Of a DNA stretch of 64,000 nt, positions 37,001-49,000 are shown one piece after another. Where the stretch lies: assembly GCF_902459465.1 (NCBI RefSeq), contig NC_047069.1, positions 19,530,001 through 19,594,000 of the forward strand, in the 5' to 3' direction. Origin of the DNA: Asterias rubens (Eukaryota). Positions within the stretch are counted from its first letter, which is position 1. Each line of letters begins with the position of its first letter. Under the pieces are notes generated by a model. The model was not told the origin of the DNA. It saw only the letters and a list, made by a program, of their open reading frames with translations, and ran no database searches. Made by a program: the position numbers and the translations under genes.

Positions 37001-40000
37001 TTGGAATTATTTGGAATGCAAATACAAAAATATACAAGATTTTTATCATGAACAAAATAATAGTGGTAGGGTGTACATTACGTGAGATTTTGTAGCAAAA
37101 ACATTTGCATTTTCGTGAAAAAAAAATGCACTTGTAAAAAGGCTTCAAACGTTGTCTCATCTATCCACCGTAGACATGAATTATATACGAATCTAAAGAG
37201 TAGACATTTCTTCTTACAAAAATCATGTATTCTGAGCATCAAATACCGTGAAACAGTCAGGAGCAGTCAAAATGTTCACCCTCGTTTCTCGGACTGCAAC
37301 GAACCACGAGTTTCAGCCTGCGGGTCCGATTTCAACAGAGCGCAAGTATGGTTGGTCAACGTACGTACACGGTCAGCCGTCTGCAGCCAAAAACAGCCAA
37401 TCACGTGCTGCGATACAGCACACAAGGCAGTTGGGTTAACAGACTGCATAAGCGGGAATCAACACAAAATTCGACGGCATGGAGCAACCAGACTATTATA
37501 TTTGCCTCGTACACTTTGCTGTGTGTAAACAAACCGCGACACTTGACTAACTTGAAACGCAATGAAGTGAGTATGGAAAATGTTTCTAATTATGCTTAAA
37601 ACAGACAATTCGTGACTGATTTTTCATAATGTATGTCTGCTTAATAATGTCTGATCGTTTTAAATAAGATTTTTGTTTGTAATGACTTTGAGCCAATTTT
37701 TTTGAAGAAGGGGTTGTGTAAAAAAAAAAATTAAAAAAATTAGGTATGTGTGTCAATCATTTATACATCAGTCCAGCACTCAGCAGTAACTATTAATAAT
37801 AATAAGTCATAATAAACACAGTCAAACTTCTTAAGCGATATAACAACAATTTATTTCAACAATATATATGTTTGAACTTGTAAACATCATAACAAATATG
37901 TAAACAAATTATAGCACCTTATAAAATACTTCATTTAAAAAATAAATGAGAAAAACAACTAAAAATGTATGTATGCAAAAAAAAAAAAAAGTACTAGTAC
38001 ATACACTAGGATTTCCTTCATACTGTTTGTTTGATATATCAATCTAAATTGCAAGGTCATAAAATATTGCATAGTCGAAATAAATTGCCCTTGTGTTCTA
38101 ATACAAAAACAAAGACCTGTGTAAATACCCAACTTTAGCATAATAAGAATTAACATTTGGTCTTACTTTTTATTAAAAAATGGCAGTTTATATAAACAGT
38201 TTGGCAGCTTTCGGTATTGACAAAAATACCTGTGTGTATAACTTTTTGGATATATAATATTAATAATAAAACAATACAAAGACCCGTTTAAAAACATTAA
38301 TATAATAATATTAATAATAGTACAATATAAAAAAATTAATTGACAGATGTAGGCAAGGAACTGTCCAAACAACTTATACCAGTTCAATATAGCGATGGAA
38401 TGTAACAGTTCAATCGTATATAAAATGCCCACACTTAGATTAAACACTACAACCAAAACTAAAACAATCACTATTTAAAGAAGCTGGACGCTTTACACCT
38501 AAACAAAATAGCTGTTGTAAAAAGTAGAAAAGTATTTACAAGTTGTGGATTTACACTCTAAGGTCTGTATGTATAACTTGTTGGATATACATAATACATG
38601 TTTAATACTAATAGTACACGAAAGTATTGTTTTAGTACAAAGACCCGTTTAAAAACAATACTTTAGCATAAGAATCAGCATTATTGCAATTGTCTTACTT
38701 CTTTTAAAAAAAATTGCAGTTTATATAAATAGTTTTGCAGCTGTTGGTATTGATAACTATACACAAGACCAAAATGCAAACACATGTACATGTGTAAGTC
38801 CTTTGTGTATAACTTGTTGGATATATAATAGTACATGAAAGTATTGTTAAGTACAAAGACCCGTGTAAATACATGTATCATACTTTAGCATGATAAAGAA
38901 TCAACATTATTACAACTAACTGTCTTACTTCTTTCACATTTACAAAATTTGGCAGTTTATATAAAACAGTTTGGCAGCTTTCAACATTGATAAAATACAC
39001 AAACCCAAAATGAAATATTGGATATATAATATAAACTAAAAGTACAATATAAAAATAAATAACATTACAGATGTAGGCAAGGAACTGACCTAACAATTTA
39101 TCAGTTCAACATTGCGGTGGAATGTAGAAGTTCAATCGTATCAAAAATGTCCAAACTTAGATTGAATACTACAACCAAAACATTCACTTAAGAAACTGGA
39201 CATTTTACACATAAATATCTGCTTTAGAAAATAGAAAAACATTACAAGTGGTGGATACTAAAAACGGTGGAGAACGAAATGTTGTTCTATAAAGGCAAAG
39301 AGGGATGGTCTTTATCTCATCCGTTTCATCAACAGCGAAACAAGTATTGAAAATCTCTTTAGAACATTCCACAGTGTGAGAAGAAGTTAAAGTGCACAAG
39401 TTAAAATTGGATAAGGCACATACTACTCTCTTTTTTTTACGGGATTTCTCTGGTGTGTATTCAGGATTGGTTTGTTTTTTTGTAACAGAAATTTTACAAG
39501 CCTTACAAATAAAGTCAGTGTCACTCAACTTGGAGTTTGTTTTGAACCACAGTTTAACCTGCTCATTTCTTAATGACTGCACTTGCATAAATGAAAAACA
39601 TTCTCTTCCACATCTTGCGCATTTTACCTGCCCTTGTGGAAGCGGTTTTTCTCTCTGGGCTCTTCGCTTTACCCCTGCAATGGTTGATTGTCTTTGCTGT
39701 ACTTGAATGACATTGATGAAGGTTTGCCACATGGCCAGGCAGCCAGCACCTAGAACGGAAAAATAAGTATGTAATGTAATAAATTATCTTCATTTTAAGT
39801 AGCTTTGTGCAAGAAATCTTTGTTTACAAGTCATACATACAAAAATATGTTGAAATTGTTCTCCTTTTCAAATTTTGTTTAAATAGGTGGCAGTTGGAAA
39901 TAGTTGGAAAAACATTTAGGCAACAGTGGATTCAATTTTTTTCAAAATCTAATGCCTTTACCCTTGTACTGATGACATCATGGTTTGTTTATCACGTTCC

Positions 40001-43000
40001 AGAAGAATGGAACCCCATTCATTGTGTACATGTATGTTTACGACTGTCAGAAAAGTGCCAGTAAAGTTACAGCACTTAAGGAATGTTACAAAAAAAAAAA
40101 AAAACATCATCCGTAAGGGGGCCTATTGAACTCGTGACAGTACAAAAGCTTATAGTGAATTGTTGGTTAAAAGAATCCATTGTGAAATACCTTTCGATTT
40201 TTCTTTTTCCTCTTCTTCCTTGCCTGGGCCATCCTCCGCCTCTTCTTCACTCCAGCTTTTTTACGCTGAATGTATGGCGTGGGTTGTTGTGGGGGACGGA
40301 CACATGATGACGACAGCACATGCAGCTTGTGGTGGTAAACCATCACCTTCATTGGCAGACACATAGGCTGGAAAACTGGAAGGGAGTAGGGGTCAACTGA
40401 TGGACAGGTGAATTTACACCCAACCTGCTGGAATCCATCACTGTCGACTGCAGCACTTCTCTTTTTTCCTGATGGTTGCCTTGGATGTTTTCTCGTTGCG
40501 TTCTCTTTGAGTTGTGTTTCCGGTGTTGATGGAGATGGGGGTCCGGATGAGGGCGAGGATTGGGGTTTCGAAATGGGCTCTTTCTTCCTTTTTTTCTTTC
40601 TGACAAGCAGCTGCAGTTCTTTTGGAACGAACCGATTGGTAGAGCTTGTACGAGAGCCTGGAATTACTCTGATGAGTAGGGATGTGGTGACGTCAGTGAT
40701 GACATCCGCCAACCTTCGAATGCCATAATGATTCAGATGAAGTCCATCACAAGAGAAAAGTTCTGGAGGAAAGTTCTCTGTTAGATCAATGAATATGCAG
40801 CCTACCTTCTTGCAAAGCTTAGCAAGGTGCATATTTAGAATGATGCCCTTCTCGTTGAGGATTTTGAAGTCAGAACGTGGCAAGATGGAATTTATTATGA
40901 TTTTAGCCGATGGAAACGTTTCCTTTGCCAATGAAATCAGCTGCTCAAAGTTCTGGAGGTCTTTGTGGAGAACACTCTCATCCAGATCGTTGGTACCCAC
41001 ATGTAGGACAACAACATGCGGCTTCTGTCCAGTACCATTGCGATCTGCATGTAACTTTTTCAACAACGAAACCATACGACGTACAGTGCATCCTGGCTTT
41101 GTAATAGTATCTGCCAAAAACCAAGGACTTTCAAGGTGTACGTACCTCGTCAGGGAGTCTCCCAAAATCTTCACGTTGAAGTAGGGGAGGTCATCTTGAC
41201 TGCTGGGCCTGTGATTGTCAACGGATGTAAAAAAAAAAATACAGATGAGAGGGGAAGGGTGGACTAAGTGTTTGCAAACTATTTGGCTAAGCTGCGCATA
41301 AAACTATGCAAAGAATCAATCACTCTCATGTACAATCTACAATGTAAAAACTATACATGACAATCGATTTAAAATGTCTACAGAAAGAAGGAATGGCCAT
41401 CATGTTACATGGCCATTGCCTTTGTATACAAAACACTTCACACACAAGTAGTATTTAGTTACTTAGTAATTTAAATTAAGTATATTGTTGTTTACATTTG
41501 TCAACTCTCAAGGCAAGGGAACAAAATAAGCACATTCCGGTAAGTTCTAAAGAATAAATTGAGTGAATAAAGAACAAGTTCTGTCCGTTCCTGTTTTATG
41601 ACTATTTTGCAAAACTAAATCGACAGAGAAAATACGAGCTGCCATGATTATGGCCATGACGAACGGAATGTAGTGTACTGGCTTTTGTTCTTGTACTTTG
41701 TAGAGTGTCTGCATTATTGTATTGAAATAAAATTTAATAATAATAGTATTTACTGAGTATTTATTCATATTATCAGGTTGGAAGAGCAATTTTGTTCACA
41801 CTTGCTAAAAAAAGTTGGGAATTTTATCACGAAATTGGTAATGCACGATGCAATACATCTCTTTTTCAGTTTGTTCAAGCCAAGGATTTTATCATGAAAT
41901 TGGTAATGCATGATGCACTTCTTCTCTTTTTTAGTTTAATAAAGCCCAGTATTTTACCACAAAATTGTTGATGCACGATGAAATACATCTCTATTGGCAG
42001 CCCAAGGCTAGGATTTTATCACGAAATTGGTGATGCACGATGTATAGTTGCACACGTAAAATTATTGTACGTGACGTCACACACTTCGAGAGTAAATACG
42101 CCCGAAATCGAAAAAACGGACATTTTCAAACTTAAAAAAGAGAACAAATCCCTGATCCCGTAGAAATGAAAATGGTGTGAAACAATCGCAAAACTTGCAT
42201 TGTCAACAAATACCGACATCGTTTTCGAGCCCGTTTATCGAAACAGTCAGGAGCACTTAAAATTCTGAGGTACATTTACGAAGGAGCATATTTTGAAGCA
42301 AATTTTGAAGGCATAATTTTCCGTTAAAATGTATTTAAAAAGATGAAAAAACGGGGTTTTCATAGCGTGTAATGTAATGATTGTACTTACCAATCCATCT
42401 TGGCTCAGCGAGTGACCTTAGGGGTTTCCCGTGACCCTTTTCAGGGGTAGCGCTCAACTCTCGTCTTTTCTCGCAAATTTCCAAAACGCCCGTGAACGGG
42501 TTTCACTTGCAAACAAATCTGTTGAATAGTCTCATTATATCGTAGGCTGCGCGCTGACTGAACTATAGTTTGTTTAGTCAAGTCGAGGCTACCGTTATTC
42601 AACTACCCCAATTAATTATGCCGCCTGGACTACTACAAAAATAGCTGCAACTTCCTGCTTGGTGAAGCAATTGTGTCGCTCATTAGTCACGCCAACATAA
42701 TTTACTTCAAAATACAATCATTAGTGACACAAACCTTCAATTGTTTAAGTGAGACTCTTACAATATTGCGCTGTGGCAAAAATATGCCGTAAAGCAACTT
42801 GGGAATTAAAAATAAGTTGTGACTAGTCTCAAAGTCTCAACTTTTTGAAGCGCAACTAGTCAAGTAGAGTTGCCCAGGCTTAGTCATGCGTAAAAACTGG
42901 TGATGTGCAATCAACAGAATTCTGTCAAGTGAGTGTGTTATTAGTAAGGGTTTTTCCTGATATTGGGGATCTTCTCAAAACCTCCTAGTTCAATTTTTTT

Positions 43001-46000
43001 TATTTGTGCGCGCCATTTTGTAACATTTTGGTGGCATTTTTAAAGCAGATGACTCTTGTTTTCGTTAAAGTTGTGCATAACCTCACTTGACCTCTAGTTC
43101 TGTTCGAACTCCGAAGTGTCCTTGTAATTAAAGTGGCAAAAGTTATGAAGATGCTATTAAGGCTGTTAATGTGTGGCCAGCGTCAATTTTAAGAAAATAC
43201 CAATGATGGCATAATATAAAAGAGCGCCCTCTAGTGGCAGGATGAAACTGTTAAAAATGTATCTTGAGAAGGTGTGTGTGGAAGCTTTTTGTAATCACTT
43301 GCAAAGTGATACACATGATCATCAAGTAGACACATTGTGTATGAAGTTTTATATTTATAACGTCATCAGGGGTCATGTGAAGTGTCATTTGAGTTGCACT
43401 TTTTGTCGTAAATCTCTAAAAGGATTGGTTTGATTAGGTTGAAATTTGGCAGGTCGTTAGATAATGGCAAGTTCTTGTGTCATTTGTAATGACATTATCA
43501 CACGATGTTTTTATACGATTTTAACCAGGCTTGATACGTCATAACTGTTTTTAAAACAAATTGACGTCATCATTTGTCAGGTTATATTACCTAAAGCCAA
43601 TGGACACTTTCGGTAAACAGTATTGTCCAAGGCCAGGACTTCGTGTATCACAACTTATGTATAAAATAACAAACCTGTGAAAATTTAGGCTCAATCGGTC
43701 ATCGGAGTCAGGAGAAAATAACGGGAAAACCCACTCTTGTTTCGGCATGTTTCGCCGTGTCATGACATGTGTTTTAAATAAATCCGTAATTCTCGATATC
43801 GAGAATAGATATTGTTTTAATGTTTTCTCAAAAAGTAAAGCATCTCATGGAATAATATTTAAAGAGAAGTCTTTCACCATTACCTTTACCTTCTGTAAAC
43901 CCTATAAGTTATTTTTTTTCTGTACCGAAAGTGTCCAATGGCTTTAAACGTATATTTGTACATGTTATATAGACATCGAATTTGATCTCACCAGGCATTA
44001 TTTATTTTATTATTAACTTGAATGTGTACATACTATAACACTTTCATATGAAGATGAGTAAATTGAAAATGTTATTGGAGAAACAGATATTAGCATTTTT
44101 AATAACAATAAAATCTAAATATCAATGAGGGACAGCCCCCTCCCCCCCCCCCCCCAAGTAACGAGCCAGCACAGAGTCTGTAACACCACTGAACACCCGT
44201 TTCAGAGACAGGTACGCCAGAGTCGCGTCGAATCAAATAGATAAGGAGCGACTCTAGGTAGACCCAAATCAATTTTGGTTTCATACAGGTGAACCAATAC
44301 ATAACATGTAAATTGGCTCAGTTCATGACCAGATGGACGTCTGAAACCAAGGCCCTCAAGAGTCGTTCGAAATGACTGCACGGCAGTTGATCTTTCGACT
44401 TCTAGCGCGGCAGTCATTCCTATCTGTTTCAGACGTCAGTCTTTTCAGGTACTTAATTCAGAATTTGGTTCGGCGCGACTCTGAAATGGGTGTTTTTCTT
44501 CTTGAATGGTATCATTTGGGAGGAGGAACTCCTGGACAAGGAGCCATTTTTGAGAAATGTTCTCATTCTTGTAATCCCATCCCTGTCATGGGTTTGGTGC
44601 AATCCTACTGCATACCACCCGCAGATTGCTTCAACAATGATCAGAAACCGATAGGAAAAGCATTGGGTGAGTGTCATTTTAAAGGATTAACCATTTACTG
44701 AGCAAATTTGTTAACTTGTGTCCAATTTCATAGAGCTGCTTAAGTAGAAAATTATGCTTGAAATTTCCTGCTAAACAAAAGTAAGTAGGATACCAGTCAC
44801 AAATTGTACATGTTTTTTAGTATTTTGACTGGTAACAATATTCTAGTAACCGCAAATATTATTTTGACTGATAAATGTGCTCATAATTCAGAAAAGGTAA
44901 AGGTAAAGTATACCTTTCGTTTCTGGAACCATTGGATTATTTTAATTCTATGTAAATTTAGATACAGTGTATAAAAACAATATAAAATTTCATTTAAAAG
45001 GGTTTTAGTGTTTTTAAAATAACAAGAAAATCTGGAGTGGAAATGTCTACGTGGGAAGAATAACCTGTAATTGAAATATACAATCTGAGAATGATTCATG
45101 CATGATACATTTCTTAAAGTGTTATTTTTTTGAATCCTTGTATTCAAAACCACATTTCTAGAAAGGATTTGTTTCTCAATAATTAATGTAATTGATTATC
45201 AACAGTTGCAGTGCTTCTTTCTGAGTAAGTTTTTATGATAATTAATTAGGGAATAACAGTGCGAGTACCCAGTCTTCACTGCGTGGTAATGACCGCGTTG
45301 GTGGCTGGCGCTGTTATCAAACCGAGCCGGAGGCGAGGTCCGTTAACAGTGCCAGCCACCAACCAAGGTCATTACCACGCAGTGAAGACCGGGTACTGTT
45401 ATTCCCATTAATAAATACCTCTTTTAGGGAATTAAACGGCTAAAATTTTCCAAATTTTGTGACTTTTCTCTCGAGGGGCCATATTTGAGCTTTTGATGGT
45501 TCCCATCTCTTTCGTGCGTTAATCACACTACTGATCTTTGAGACCAGTGACTCTGTGAAATAATGATCTGTTCAGCGCCTTCACTGGGGTCAAAGGAGGC
45601 AAATGATTGGACGATAGCTGTTCCTTGTGCTTTAAAATGCGCGCATGAGCTCGGCGTCAGTTTATACGCGCACACATGTTACACGAGCGCACTCAAAATT
45701 GATACATTTTCAGCGCGCGTACGCGTAAGTGTGCAAAGTTGCAATGAAACTAACATGGATATATAAGCGTGCGATACAGTGCAACGCGCAAGGTTTACAC
45801 AATGTATGCTGATTTAGTGGCCACTTATTCGCTATTTTCCAATGCCGGTCTTTATACCACCGTTAACACTCCAAAACGTGACCGGGTTTTGACCAATCAG
45901 AGACTTGAAACCGTCCAAGGTATTTATTAATTTATGATAACAACTCAATGGATACAAGTCTTTCAACTTCAGCCAGCCCAAACCAAGTCTCCGACCTAGC

Positions 46001-49000
46001 TCATCGCACCAGTCAAGTTCTGGCACCAACGCACAGTAAGGGAGGCAATCAAGATCAAGGCTCACAACACAGTTCCACAAGACATCGGATTCTTCATCAA
46101 CGACATCTGGTCACCACTTCTCAAGCAGCAGCTCACCACAACACTGACACACTCCAACGCACACACATCCAGCCATCAACCAACGCACACGCTTCACCGG
46201 ACAAGAACAGCTTTGATCCTTCCCGCCCAAAGGTGCATCCCTCCAGCCATACATAAGCTCCACCACCGCCAGTAGTCCAGCATTCTCCTTAAAAACGTTG
46301 AAACCAAATCGGCTCTTTTCAGAGCCACCACTCCTTCAAAAGAGATTTTTACTCATAGTTGTGCCCCCAAGGTTACTGTTCATATTTATATTTATAGTTA
46401 CTCTTACACTGCTGAGCTATGCAAGATCAAGAACATCAGGGTTATAACGGTCTGTGTTATCTTCATCCCAACGTACGTAAAATGCCCATTCATTTTGGGC
46501 TTCAATGATTGTACCTTCGCCAGGTGGGCTACCATCCTAGAAGATAAAAGAAAGCATCATTTAGTTTGGTATTGATTGATTGGAGACTGGGTTTGGATTG
46601 GATTGAAGACTGAGTCCCAGGTTTGACACTTGTGTCCTTACGCTAGACACTCAACCAAGATGCTTTGCCCTTCGAACTGGGATGTACATTTTTGTAAAGC
46701 TATTGGTCCCGTGTGTTGTGTAATGTACTAAAAGAACCCAGTGCACTTATCAAAAAGAGAAGGGGTTGGACCTAGTGCTCTTGATTTGATTGGTTGCATA
46801 TGTCCCGCAGAACCTTGTAAACCATAACACGCAACTTAACTGTTTCCTACCTGAGACCACCTCCAGTGCCACTTCTTTCCTCGTACCACCCTTGTGCCAA
46901 CTTTCATCATATCTAAAATCTCGGAGTCAGTCATGTTCCTCTTTTTCCCAAACATCAGATCTAATTTTAAAACAGGGAGGTTTAATTTTATTTATTGACC
47001 AAGGATTATAACAGCCTTGCTTTAGAAAAAGTTGAAGGGTCTGGGTCCTTTTTGTAGGACACGAAACACAATGTCGAATTACATTAAACTTACATGGTTT
47101 GAAGATAATGATGGTAGAAAGCTTTCCTTAAAATATTTTTTACTGAGGTGCTTTTTTTTTTTTTAAGAAATGAGTAAAACAAGTCACAAAAATAATTTTT
47201 GTCTCAGCTAGGCAAAATGTTTTTAAGCATGTACAACATATTTTGGTGACATTGTTTAAAATTAATGTAAATCTGTGGACATTGTGTTTTGTGTTACAAA
47301 AAGTACCCAAATCCTTTTATCGTTGATTATTAAGAGAGTACACACACATGGATGTAAATGTGGACATGGGTCATGTGTGAAAAGTTTTTATATGGATGTG
47401 GTTTTCATTCCAAAACTTAAAGATGACTGATCAATATACTCACAGATTTCTTCATCAGTGAAGTCAGAACTTTTTTTGAAATCTTGAAAATTCAAGCAGA
47501 CACATCCAGACACATAGGTAATAGGTTTTTTTATGTCTTGCACAACACTCTTTTGGAATTCCAGAAGATCAAAGTCATGGACTTGCTTTCTGTCATTTTT
47601 CACCTTTTCCAGCTGTATCTTTAACTCTTCTTCTTTTATACTATTGCAGGCCTTAACTAATTGAAATTGATTGCCCTTTTGGTAACAGAATCGTGTCACT
47701 TTGTCTTTAAGTTTTTGTTCCTCTCTACGGAGTTCAGCAACTTTTCTGTCTGCATCATCAGTGATAATTTTGTGTTTTTGCTTTATACTTTCTTGGTGTT
47801 CAGTGGATAACATGTCAAGAAGTTGTCTTTTATTAGAAAACTTTTGTAGGCACTCCTCTCCTTTTCTGATGTGTTCATTAATGATATTGTTGATTGATTC
47901 GGTGGCTTGTGATAAACCAAAGACTTTATGGACCGGTATTCGATGATCCTGGGTGCATGAAGCACATACCATTAGGGAACAAGTCTTGCAATAGAAATCT
48001 TGTTCTGGTTGGTGTGTTTTCCACATTTTGGTACGTTCGTGAGAAGCTGAGAGTTCTTTTTAAAACTTGCTTTGCCAGAGCGTAGATGGTCGATTGAAGC
48101 TTTTTCATGACCTTTTGTTCTTTTGCTACGTTGGTGCGCATTGTCACAAACCTCGCAAAGAAATTCCTGACAATCAAGGCAGTAGCTGACAGCTTCATCT
48201 TCCTCGTCGCAATCTTGACAATTTATCTTAGTCTGAAGACATCTGACAAGCTGCTGTTGTTCGGCAATAGTTTCTATCAAGTTAATTAAGAAAAAACTCT
48301 GGGGGAGGTCATCAATTCCTACCTCTGGTGAAGACGTTTCTTTTCTGCAGATGGGACATATAATGTTTTCTTCCAGAGGATGGGCTGTCCTCATTTCTTC
48401 AAGACAGTTTTGGCAGAAGTTGTGTTTACAAGTCAGAGTCTTGGGGTTGATGTACTGCGAGTAGCAAATCGGGCATTCCAGCTGCGCTTTGCTGATATTA
48501 TCTAATACAGTTTGACCATTAAGACCATGATGCTCAACAAGCCGCTGTTGTTCAGCAATAGTTTCCATCAAACTAATTAATGAAAAGCTCTTTGGGAGGT
48601 CAGCAATTCCTGCCTCTGGTAAAGAGGTTTCTCTCCTGCAGACGGGACATGAAATGCTTTTTGTTGGATGGGCTTCCATCATTTCTTCTAGACAGTTTTT
48701 GCAGAAACTGTGTTCGCAAGTCAGGGTCTTGGGGTTGATGTACTGGGAGTAGCAAATCAGGCATTGCAACTGCGCTTTTCTGATGTTATCCAACACGGGT
48801 ACACCGCTTACCTCTTCCATTTTTCTTGCAGTTGCTTCCAAGTATCTTGCACTGAAATTGATTTATAAAAACCTCAAAATAAACCATTATAACATAAATT
48901 AACTATGTGGATTTCGAGGTATTGCATGGTGAGGTATCAATGTGTATTTAGTTTGCGGTGACACAGTGGCCCAACTTCATAGAGCTGCTTATATAATGGC

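Larger units (their letters stand above)
36866..42560. mobile_element. 5.7-kb TIR DNA element, 16-bp perfect TIRs and 4-bp TSD (AACT); non-autonomous, Academ-like by its termini
   Basis: cagtcagcgcgcagcc at 36866-36881 and ggctgcgcgctgactg at 42545-42560. aact flanks both ends (36862-36865, 42561-42564). The superfamily call is inferred from CA..TG termini and the 4-bp TSD only. Confidence 0.8.

Noticed and set aside
40408-41184. Plus-strand ORFs 40408..40728 and 40789..41184
   Set aside because: Antisense to the SGNH ORF, with no motifs of their own.
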